A DNA stretch of 64,000 nt from Haliotis cracherodii (Eukaryota): the NCBI RefSeq assembly GCF_022045235.1, contig NW_027266275.1, positions 65,224,001-65,288,000 of the forward strand, in the 5' to 3' direction. The notes under the pieces are model-generated. The model saw only the letters and a program-made list of their open reading frames with translations. It made no database searches and was not told the origin of the DNA. The translations under genes and the position numbers were made by a program. Below, piece after piece: positions 12,697 to 24,000 of the stretch; within the stretch, counting starts at the first letter, position 1; each line of letters begins with the position of its first letter.

Positions 12697-14408
12697 GGTT
12701 TGAAGGGTATATCTGCAAAACAAGGGCGACAGAAGATATGACATAGCAATAAAGTCTCGCTGAGGGAATTCCTTGGACCACTGAAAGTTCGAGACAAGCG
12801 GAGTAATGTAGCTGGGGCCAAACGATTAATTTAAGTTCGGCTTAACAAAGTTGGATTTTATAGTATGCGTTCGCCATTTATATAAATCATAAAGCCATAA
12901 ACGAATCTGTCATAGATTTCTAAGTATGAGGGGCAATGAAAAGTTGTCACAAGGGCGTGGCGTCCATATGGTAGCTCCCAAAATACCATGATCCTTGTAA
13001 CCCCTTATATGTCCGATAGGAAACAACCTAGCTGTACTTATCGGTGGCCTTCCAAGACAACGGCAGAGAAACAGTTAATGGTTGCATGTGTGTGAGTGTC
13101 GCTTCGTGTGAAATGTTACGAATACGGGATACAAACACTTGAAGTCATATTTACATGACACAACTGTTGACACAATCCGTGACATCATCTTGTTTCCCGA
13201 CAGCAGTATAATTTATGTGTGATTTAACATATAAGCAGAATGATGTGTCTTTTGATAATGGTTTTGATAATATTCTTGACAATCTCAACACTCTCATATT
13301 GCAGAATGATATTAATATGAGTGAGTGTTGTATTACGCCGCAGTTTTCAATCCCGAGTTCAATGCGTAGGACCTATTCTTGGCGTCCACATTATGGCTGT
13401 AAAGACCAATTTATTAATTCTATTAGGTGTACAAGATAAATTCGGGTTATTCTTGGTGTCCCCTGTCCTGATATGGCTGGAATATTGCTTAATTCGATGT
13501 TGCCTTATGGGCAGGGATCTTTTCAAAAGAAATGAATTTTGTCCCAGAAAATGCTTGAAAAACATATTTATGCTTCAGACTGTTGACAAAAATAGATTGC
13601 CTGCCACAAAGTATACATTGCTACATGATAATGGTGACATGCGTGGAGGCTGTAGCTGAAGACATATGTTGTCTCCATACAAAATCCCAGCACCTGCCTC
13701 ATCCCCACCCCTCCCCCCGAATATCAAATAGTTGGTCCCTAAGGGAAAAAACACACATCAAAACCGAACACAGTACTTGAGAGCCCACATACCTTTACCT
13801 CGTGAGGCAGTAATACCAACAATACCGGGCTGTTCCTGCAGTGCTGTGGTCGACCTTTGTCAACTTTCTTATCTACACGAGCAGTTTGACCCACCTTCTG
13901 GTGCAGTGAAATTCTAAAACATTTTAAAACATTTAAAAACATTTTGAAACACTTTATCTTACTTGTTCAGTCATATAGATAACGTCGTTAAATTATTTAC
14001 TAAAGTTCCGCCCTCATTATATTGTCTTGCAATGAATGGAGCTTCGAATATCAGTAAGGGTCCGGTTCCTTACCACAATATATGAAACATTTATGTATGT
14101 ATATGTTTACGTGTTACATGTTTTATTAATCTATATAAACCACAGATCTTTGGTAACAGTATGTACACATACGCATTTTGCTTAAAAGATCAGTGTTGCA
14201 GTTGGGGTTTTGGAATATGTTGTTAAATAGGACATATAAACACATATTTGTTGTCGATTAATATCTAAGTCATAATAAGTTTGAATGTCCTTTGAGCATA
14301 TCTGAAGACGGAGAAACGTTTCATCTTTCTGTCAGTAATACATGTAACTCATAACGATTACCGTGTGTGTGACGACAACTGGCGTGAAGTGCGTCGTATG
14401 ATAGATAG

Positions 14409-14573
14409 TGTGAGTGAGTTCTGTTTTACGCCGCTTTTAGCTATATTCCAGCAATATCATGGCGGGGGACACCAGAAATGGGCTTCACACATTGTACCCA
14501 TGTCGGTAATCGAACCCGGGTCTTCGGCGTGACGAGCTAACGCTTTAACCACTAGGCTACCCGACCGCCCCTT
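14409..14573 (-). mobile_element. tRNA-derived SINE family A, full length
   Basis: A/B boxes (tagcctagtgg, ggttcgatt), (CACT)n tail, 13-bp TSD gtatgatagatag. Confidence 0.9.
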
Positions 14574-14577
14574 GTAT

Positions 14578-14668
<91 letters not shown>
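14578..14668. repeat. (GATA)n microsatellite
   Basis: Seen directly. Confidence 0.97.
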
Positions 14669-16447
14669 CATCGGAATGTATACTGTAGGTGCTAAGACAT
14701 AATGAATATGCTAAATCCTAGAAGTGTTCCGATCTTTCAGTTGTTAGTAACCATAGTTTGTGTACCTTAGGTGATCGTATAAGAGTGTATCGTTTTAGGT
14801 TTTCTCTTGAATGAATCTCTGCATAAATTACGTTATGGTCACATACGCTTATTTGTTCTTTAACTCGACTCACCCATTCATGTTTGTTGGGGAACTGAGA
14901 AGAGGTGGTAAAGGTGATTATATCATTATTGAGTTCATACTTACTTACTTGTGATAGCATGTGGTATACGGGTGACATTTGACATTTCTCATCTTTTTCT
15001 TTAATTGTATCGAGTTCGTACTTAACAAGTCTGTGCTGTAATAGTATTTTAAATGCAAAGTTAATGTCACTATTACATAGTCTTCCACGGAATAAGAGAG
15101 CTCGTTGATGAATGTATGCCTGTGAAATTGAACCAAGACAATCTCTTGTGAAGAGGGAAGTAGTGCGTATAGACAATCCTTGAATCTTTTTACAAAAATA
15201 ACGTTGACAAATATCAAACATTTCGTATATCTTTGGTGACAGTTTACCCCATACACTACAAGCAAATAATTAATCCACATGGTTATATTACCTTTTCCCA
15301 TATACGAACAGCTGGGATAGGATTTAAACCCATGATTCATAGAGTTTTTCACATATTAGATGGGTACGTTCTAAAGTTTTCTTTGATGTACTTAAAAGTA
15401 ATTCAGCAAAGTTACATTTTCCTTTTTAGGGAGTACTTTTGAACCAATGTAGACACGTTGACAGACAGATTTGCGAATATTCCTAAACAGTAGAAATGCA
15501 CTTTTACTGGCATTATATTTCCGTTATTAAAGTTTCAATTATTCTGCAAAAGTCTGTTCAAGTATTTTGTTTAAAATAATCCGAGGAACTTTTTTTCTGA
15601 GCGAAGGAATATGCCATAAAGGAGTTAAGAGGTTGTTTATTTTGATTCACAGTAACTTCACACAGATATAGAAAACATGTATCACTACGCACGATCTAGA
15701 CGTAACATTTCAACAATTAAGTTGCCAAAGGTTCGGCAAATACCAATTAATTAAGACTCGGTTGACATTTCCATATTAAAAGCCACTCGTGATGAATCAT
15801 CTATGTATAATTCAGTAAACATTGCAGTCCGTCGGGGGAGCTGCTCAACAACGTAGTATCGTCTGCTAATAGGATGCATATGGCGGGTGTAATACCCCAT
15901 GGAAGACACAAGCCACATCCTGAATCATCAAGTGAATACAACAAGTCATTGATATACAGAGTAAAAAGCCATGCTGATAAAACGCGACCTTGACCAATAC
16001 CTTGCTTAAAGTGAAACACATTTGAGGTAAAAGCTCCAATGCTTACACGTGACTGCGTTGAGGTATATATTGTGCGTAAAAGTCGCCATAATTTTCCAAT
16101 AATACCAAAGTTATACAATTTGAAAAAGAGACCATTAAGCCAGACTCTGTCAAAAGCTTTCTCGTTGTCGAGAAAAGCGCAATAAAATCTTTTTGTTATA
16201 ATAAGCTATGCTTTCCATTAATGTAAACAGGGCAGTTTCTGCCCCAGCCCTTCTCCTAAATCCAAATTGAATGTGGTTGGGGAAGGCTTAAGATATGTTT
16301 GCCCACTCTTCAATGGCGTCTAGAGCGGCATGTGCGTGGCGTGTAGAGCGTCATCTACATGGCGAGTAGAGCGGCATGTACGTGGCCGGTAGAGCGGCAT
16401 GTGCGTGGCGTGTAGAACACACACAAGAGAACATCCTACCATCCTAA

Positions 16448-16506
16448 CATACATACATACATACATACATACATACATACATACATACATACATACATAC
16501 ATACAT
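16448..16506. repeat. (ACAT)n microsatellite
   Basis: Seen directly. Confidence 0.97.
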
Positions 16507-16684
16507 TCAAAGGTTCAAGTTGTCAAAATGACACACATGTGATATGTTTACTGATAATGAAATTTGTGAAATGCTGGACTTCCTCAAAGATAACAGTGGT
16601 TAAAGCGTTCGCTCGCTCGAAGGTCCGGGTTCGAATCCCCACATGGTACCGTGGTATTGCTGGAATATTGATAAAATCCCATTG

Positions 16685-17380
16685 GCTGGTTCTGCTCCCC
16701 TCCTTGCCGATCTGTTTCTTTATGCATACGAGTCTGACTTCTCCTCAGAATGAAAAAAACAAGTGAATTTTCCCAAAACGTTTTACTTAAGCCCCATGTG
16801 TATCGATGTTCTGAATTCGTTCAATCATGGTCAAATGGCTAAATCCCTTCCACTGATTTACCCCGCCGAGCAAACAAAATCTAAGAATCCAGTGAGATCG
16901 CCTCATCTGATTCATATATATATATAAATCTGCATAAAGATTCAGAGTGACCAAAAACTCTCAACAAGACTGCAGTATAAGAGGGATTACTGCAACTTTA
17001 CATAATTTATTTTTCCCTTCATGTCGAGCACTATCAACCAGCTCCAGCTTTCACATTTTTTCGAGCATGCACTTTTTAAGAAGAGTTCAAACAGCGTCAT
17101 ACAACTCTTGCTCAAAAGTTGTTTGATCATAATTACAACAATCACGACGTTAGTCAAGATTTCAAAACGTTTTATGGTAGACATGTGGAGGACAATTTCA
17201 AATTTGATGCATCAGTGACAAAAATAATGTCCGATGCAATTTCCTATTTGAACCAAATGTTCCCGTGTTTTTCAAATGAAGTGAAGACTCGCTTTTGCAT
17301 GTGTTTCTTACGGTTCCCATTAGTGGGGCAGGATACGCTTTTTTCGCAAACACCTGGTGTCATCACTATTTTATAGTGAT
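16685..17380 (+). mobile_element. Decayed Penelope-like element, RT 3' fragment
   Basis: APLLADLFLYAYESDF at ~16693; KTFYGRH..KFDASV at ~17165; 3' motif gcaggatacgct...cacctggtgtcatcac. Confidence 0.7.
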
Positions 17381-17499
17381 TCGTAAACGCATGGTCATGA
17401 TATGGTCGGAAAGGGATTTTGTATTACATTTATTCATATGTACAGGTTCAAATATTTATATGTTGATAGTTGTCGGATTCGATTGATGAATGAAGATCG

Positions 17500-17736
17500 T
17501 AGACGCAGAGTTGAGTCCCTTGGGCACGCCAGAAAGCTATGATTGTGGATTCGAATCCCGGTTCGCCCCAATTATGTTTCTAGGTTTGTCAGTACCATAC
17601 CCGTGGGTTTCACCAAAGTGGTAAACGTCTGAGACCTGCATCACTTCGGGCTTTCCTCACACATTAAGCTGACACGCCGTGATATAACTGGAATAATGTT
17701 AATAGCGGCGTTAAACCCAACTCGTTCACTCACTCA
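17500..17736 (+). mobile_element. SINE family D (5' truncated)
   Basis: Matches the 59035-59303 copy. Confidence 0.8.
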
Positions 17737-18304
17737 AAATATGTAGCAATTGAGCTTTATTTAGTTGTGTGACTATGGCCTTTCAAATTGTATCACAATA
17801 GACATATTACTCCTTCACACAATGCAATTCCATCCATCTTGTAGGAACTGATACATGTGACGACGAAGTTGTTCAGCATTGTTCGCTTTCTCATGTGATG
17901 CCATTTCCTTGTCTAATATGACTAATCATAGTCACCATAGAAATATTAACTATTTGACAGAGATTCACATTACGGAGTATCTCTACATTTTTAGATTTTG
18001 TGATCTTTATATAATGAAGATATGTCACGATGTTATGTGTACTGTGTATTAAATAGTAAGGGTTCAACCATGTGTCATGTGCCACATCCCATTATCCCAA
18101 ATCGTTTGCATCACAGAATACAAGCATCAGAAAATGTACAGGTTCGTTCTGAACAGAAATTGAAATAAAAAGTAAATGTGTATCCAGTTCCGCGATTTAA
18201 GAATTTTTTTATAAGATCTTATTAATCAATGAACCATTGTGAGGTCATACGTGTCGTCTACAGCAGTAGAGACATGAAGAGATCAGATTCGCCACTTTAC
18301 CATG

Positions 18305-19550
18305 CCAGTGTTCGTTAGTATCACCAATGCTCGTTAGTTTCACCAGTGTTCGTTAGTTTCACAAGTGCTCGTTAGTTTCACCAGTGTTCGTTAGTTTCAC
18401 CAGTGCTCGTTAGTTTCACCAGTTCTCGTTAGTTTCACTTCTACTCGTTAATTTCACCAGTTCTCGTTAGTTTCACCAGTTCTCGTTAGTTTCACCAGTG
18501 CTCGTTAGTTTCACCTGTGCTCGTTAGTTTCACCAGTGCTCGTTAGTTTCACCAGTGCTCGTTAGTTTCACCAGTGCTCGTTAGTTTCACCAGTGCTCGT
18601 TAGTTTCACTAGTGCTCGTTAGTTTCACCAGTTCTCGTTAGTTTCACCAATGGTTCGTTAGTTTCACCAGTGCTCGTTAGTTTCACCCGTACTCGTTAGT
18701 TTCACTAGTGCTCGTTAGTTTCACCAGTGCTCGTTAGTTTCACTAGTACTCGTTAGTTTCACTAGCGCTCGTTAGTTTCACCAGTGCTCGTTAGTTTCAC
18801 CAGTGTTCGTTAGTTTCACTAGTGCTCGTTAGTTTCACCAGTTCTCGTTAGTTTCACCAGTGCTCGTTAGTTTTATTAGTGCTCGTTAGTTTCACAAGTG
18901 CTCGTTAGTTTCACCTGTGCTCGTTAGTTTCACAAGTGCTCGTTAGTTTCACCAGTGCTTGTTAGTTTCACCAGTTCTCGTTAGTTTCACCTGTGCTCGT
19001 TAGTTTCACTAGTGCTCGTTAGTTTCACCAGTTCTCGTTAGTTTCACCAGTGCTCGTTAGTATCACCAGTGCTCGTTAGTTTCACCAGTGCTCGTTAGTT
19101 TCACCAGTGGTCGTTAGTTTCACTAGTGATCGTTAGTTTCACCAGTTCTCGCTAGTTTCACTAGTGCTCGTTAGTTTTACTAGTGCTCGTTATATACGAA
19201 ACGAACCCTACCCTCGTTTGAGACTAAGTCGAAACTGTTTCTATGGAAACATGACAAAAATGTACAATTTAAATTAGTTTCACCAGTGCTCGTTAGTTTC
19301 ACCAGTGTTCGTTAGTTTCACTAGTGCTCGTTAGTTTCACAAGTTCTCGTTAGTTTCACTAGTGCTCGTTAGTTTCACAAGTGCTCGTTAGTTTCACCAG
19401 TGCTCGTTAGTTTCACCAGTGCTCGTTAGTTTCTCAGTGCTTCTTTGTTTCACCAGTTCTCGTTAGTTTCACCAGTGCTCGTAAGTTTCTCAGTGCTTCT
19501 TTGTTTCACCAGTGCTCGTTAGTTTCACCAGTGTTCATGGGTTTCACCAA
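18305..19550. repeat. 19-bp minisatellite, interrupted at ~19192-19272
   Basis: Unit ccagtgctcgttagtttca. Confidence 0.95.
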
Positions 19551-19746
19551 AGCATTAATGCGTCACTTCAATCAGTGTGTATAGAATCACAACGATTACA
19601 AAGACGATGGTCATTTGTTTTAAAGAAATCCTGACTTTCCATGATATCCATCTCTTGTTGGTAAGGAGCAGAATGTGATTTCGTTTTAAAACGCGCGCCA
19701 CTTTATACACTCCCATTATGTACCTGCATTACCCAATAACTGCAAA

Positions 19747-19900
19747 AGGGGTGGTCGGGTGGCCTAATGGTTAAACCTGGGTTCGAGTCCGACCATGGGG
19801 ACAATGTGTGAAGCCCATTTCTTGTGTACCCCGCCGTGATATTGCTGGAATATTGCTAAAAGCGGCGTAAAACCATACTCACTCACTCACTCACTCACTC
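19747..19900 (+). mobile_element. SINE family A (internal deletion)
   Basis: Matches family A body and (CACT)n tail. Confidence 0.85.
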
Positions 19901-20910
19901 AATAAATGCATAACTGGGCCTATGTGAGTGAGTTGGGTTTACCATTTGAGTTAAATATCACAGATGGTCAACTTAATGTTTCTGCGGCACCTTTAAGCAC
20001 AGGGCCGTCCGTGTCATTCACTACCAGGTTATAACAATAACGACACAAGACATTATATATATTGTTTATTGCAGTTATAGCAAAGCTTTAAAACAACTAA
20101 TACTATAAATTGTCAATGCAAGCAAATAACCATCCTACATTTTCTGCCGAACAGATTCCACTTGGCGTAAAGGGCAAAAAGCTACCGAAATTATATGAAT
20201 GGACCACTGAAAATCAGTGATGACACCAGGTGATGATGACACAAAGGCATCCTTTCTGATTTGAACGATCCAAAGACAGCATGGTCTTGTTGAATACACC
20301 TGACAGGGACTCAATGTCTCTACATACGCTTAAGCAGATCGGCTCGTCCACACTTGTCTGACAGTTTAAATCAATGAAATAGACGGCTTATTTTACGAGT
20401 TTACAGTGATGGACCTCGAAAGTGATTTCTGCTCATGTTTGGCTTATTAATCGTATTGACTACTAATCATGGTAAATATTTTACTTTGAATGATGTGTCA
20501 TAAACTGTTAAATTCGATGTAACTTGTCCGAATATCCTTCAAAAGTCTATTATCAGTAAGTAAACCCTACAAAGTGTCGCTTCCGCCAAAACAACATGGA
20601 TCATGGCTTACTGTATAGATACCGTGATCATTGACTTCCTTAACGCTCAATGTGACATAACGATTGGTGAGTTTCGAAGTTGCACCCCACTGTGTATTCA
20701 AATGCTCTGTATATGTCTGGTTTTAATTATTACGATTATTACATTTTCGTACACTTAGTTTATAAAGCTGACTAAGCCGGTAAACAGTTGTAGTGATGCG
20801 GGAAAGATTTGTAAAATGCAGCATTATATTTATGAGAATTCTCTAAAAAGCAGGTAAATGTTTAGTTTAAGCAGGGAATTTGGGAACAGTTGCAAAGGCT
20901 GTTCGAACTA

Positions 20911-21083
20911 TTACAGTTCGGTATCGACACCTGTTGTGTGGGATCGGTTGCGGCGCTTCCCCCGGATCACCATGACAACAGCAGCCATCACCATGGCAAC
21001 TGCGGCAATGACCATGACAATTGCTGAGACAGTTCCCGCAGAGCTGGAGTCCTTCTCATCAGTTCGTTCTGCAACCTGGAAAT
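20911..21083 (-). CDS. TM and cytoplasmic tail exon, stop at 20913-20911
   Basis: DFQVAERTDEKDSSSAGTVSAIVMVIAAVAMVMAAVVMVIRGKRRNRSHTTGVDTEL*. Confidence 0.85.
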
Positions 21084-24000
21084 CTGAAAATGAAGACGAA
21101 TTTCAAATATTTGGCGTTCTTTTATTTCGCACGCGAATCTACACTGGTTTCTGTTGGTTATTGGGATAAAAAATAGCACAAAGACGTCAGCCTTGTTCAT
21201 ATCAACCAAACATATAGAATTAGAAATATAGAACATAGGGAAAGACCAATTTCATTGTTGGATATTTTCGCACGCATTCGCCTTCCATACTTACAAAAAG
21301 TATATTCAAAAATAACATTGTTGCAGTTATTATATAGCGTCGATAAAATTATATTTTCATATTATTATGTACAGATATAAATTTAGAAAATGCAGCAAAG
21401 AGGGTTTGCGTGGCACAGTCAGGCTAGTTATGCTCATCCTCAACTTAGGGTAATATTGTTGTTGTTTGTTTTTTATATTAATAATAATAATACANNNNNN
21501 NNNNNNNNNNNNNNNNNNNNNNNNNNNNNNNNNNNNNNNNNNNNNNNNNNNNNNNNNNNNNNNNNNNNNNNNNNNNNNNNNNNNNNNNNNNNNNNNNNNN
21601 NNNNNNNNNNNNNNNNNNNNNNNNNNNNNNNNNNNNNNNNNNNNNNNNNNNNNNNNNNNNNNNNCAAGGCAGTTTCTTTTCAATCCAATACCGAACACAG
21701 AATGACAAAGAAAACGGTTCTCCAACATGAGATATAACCTTTATATAACTACCTGCATTCCGTTTCTCTCTGAAGGTAAGTGGCCCCTGGAAGATATGGA
21801 GGTCATGATCTTTTCTGTCATCTGACACATCCCGACCTTGGCGATGCGGGGAGTAGCAGTCCCGACGACATCTCTGATCGTAGTCTGTCCCGTTGCATAC
21901 TCGGACGTAGCAGAAGATATATACATCCCGATTGTTGCGGACAAATTCAAATGTCCGGAACCGGAAGTGAACATGTTTCTGGGAGGAGGTGTACTCGAAA
22001 GCAACGGTCTGGTCAGCAGGACATCTACATAAAAATAATAAGGTGTACAATGTTTAACCGTGGACCAAAATCTATGTTAAAAGGTCTGCTTTCATCGAGC
22101 ACATTAATGCGCAGTATATTCACAGTAAGTGTTTCTTTGCCGTGCAGATGTCTAAAAGAGGTTACAGTAAGGAAAACGGATCCTTTCCTACAGAAGTAAT
22201 ATAAGGCTACCAATACATGTTTATTTAATGTATCTCAATAGTGGCATAGAATGATAGGCTGCATTTATCATTTTAGATACACGTTTAGCGGAGTTCGCTA
22301 TACTAGATCACCATAGTAACAAAGCATAGTCTTAAGATTCAATAATGTTTCCTGACCATAGATCTGGTGTCACGTACCCATCTCTTATAAGGTAGTACTG
22401 GTTATAATAATCGTAAGGATTAACAGTTGGTTTAGCCACGCAGTTCTGAAGCGATATCTTGAGGTCAGAGTCATCGGACTCCAGCCCGACGTCCACGTAT
22501 ACATTCTGATTCAGACCAATGTATATGGGATAGGACGTGATTCTGTAACTGAAGCTTGGATCCCTGTAGAAGTCCATATGCATGGAAAAGTTTCCTGAGC
22601 CTCGTACAACCAGCTCATGGTCATGTTGAGGCCTGAAGTGTCCGACTATGGACACATCCCTGTTAAGGTGACATTCTAACGCTATATCCTTCGAGTTGAA
22701 CCTCGTGATGATTGGTCCCGTCGTGGTGCTACCGTAGTATCCTCTACTCTGTGTCACGATCCTGTTCTTGTACACTATGTCAGATCCAGTTTCCTTGAAA
22801 ACAAAGTAAATAATTGAAGTATGTTATTGTCACAACCCACATGCGTGGCTTTACGTGACAGGGCTGAAAAAAAAACGTTGGTAATTAGTATAATTGCAGG
22901 TTATTTATAGATGTAACGACTAAACCCTTCCCGCCTAGACCATTCCAATGTGCTCCAGATACAACTGTCTGGCCTGGGGGTAGTTTACGCTGCTCAGAGA
23001 AGGAGGTGAGATGAAATGGGGTTTAACGTCGTGTCCAAGATTATTTCACTTATATACTGACGTGAATGTACGTGTGTGTGTGTGTATTTGTGTGGTTGCT
23101 TGTACTAGTCCGGAACGAGGCCGATTTATAGTGCTAGCTCACTGACATACCATGCCGCAGTTTAACATGAATACCCCACTCAGACACAGTATACTGACTC
23201 CGAGTCGACCAGTCCTTGTTTTAGCCCTTTAATGCCGAGCGCCAGACAGGATAACAACAAGTACCATCTTTCAACGTCTTTTGGTATAACGCGGCCGGTG
23301 ATCGAACCCCGCACCTTCCGCTCTCTGGACAGACGCTCTACCACAAATTCGCTGATGATTCGTGAATGGCGTTGTGTATTCGTGACCATTCATATCATTC
23401 CTGGACATGTTGGGACCAAAGAGACGTAGATAACTTTCAATGGCACCATTGCAAACTGACAATGACATCAGGTGTTCGCGAAATGGACGTGTTGCCCTTC
23501 CGGTATCATCCCTTATGAGTGAGGGTCGCGGTCGTTGAGTTAGGCAAAGGACATTTCTTAAGTATATCGTCGACGTAAGGGAAAAACGATATCTTAACTA
23601 ATAAATGTTTTAGGTTGTTAAGGTCGTGGGCAGCGGTGAATGACGCTCTCCAGTTCTCTGTGACGTAATTTCCTCGTGAATGCATGATCAATTAATACAG
23701 GATAAGAATTAATCACAACAAACTACTGATTTGTATTAGCCTTGGTTTAGATCAGATCACTTCCGGTATGACGTAGAATGAATTCAGCCAATGTGTTATA
23801 GCGTTATTTAGGAGAGCGTGGACCTTCAAATACATCGCCAATGATTCATGTTGTTAATTACAGTCACTTATACAATCTATATTTTCATATATCATCAGAA
23901 TATAATTATTGAATTCCGTTGGTATCTATTGTTTATAACACTTTCAACATCTATATCTACATCAATATTTATATTTAAATCCTGTTTTAGACATTATGTG

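Larger units (their letters stand above)
14000..16318 (-). mobile_element. Decayed non-LTR retrotransposon (LINE): RT and C-terminal region
   Basis: FLDNEKAFDRVW near 16180; ORF 15801-16118 has GIGQGRVLSAWLFTLYINDL and LLADD; frameshifted continuation 15352-14718; interrupted by a SINE and (GATA)n; left boundary approximate. Confidence 0.8.

Noticed and set aside
14300-14325. Hammerhead ribozyme core (ctgaaga...gaaac)
   Set aside because: There is no room for stem II and no flanking helices were found; it lies inside LINE sequence.
21357-21737. ORFs spanning X runs
   Set aside because: Artefacts of the N gap.
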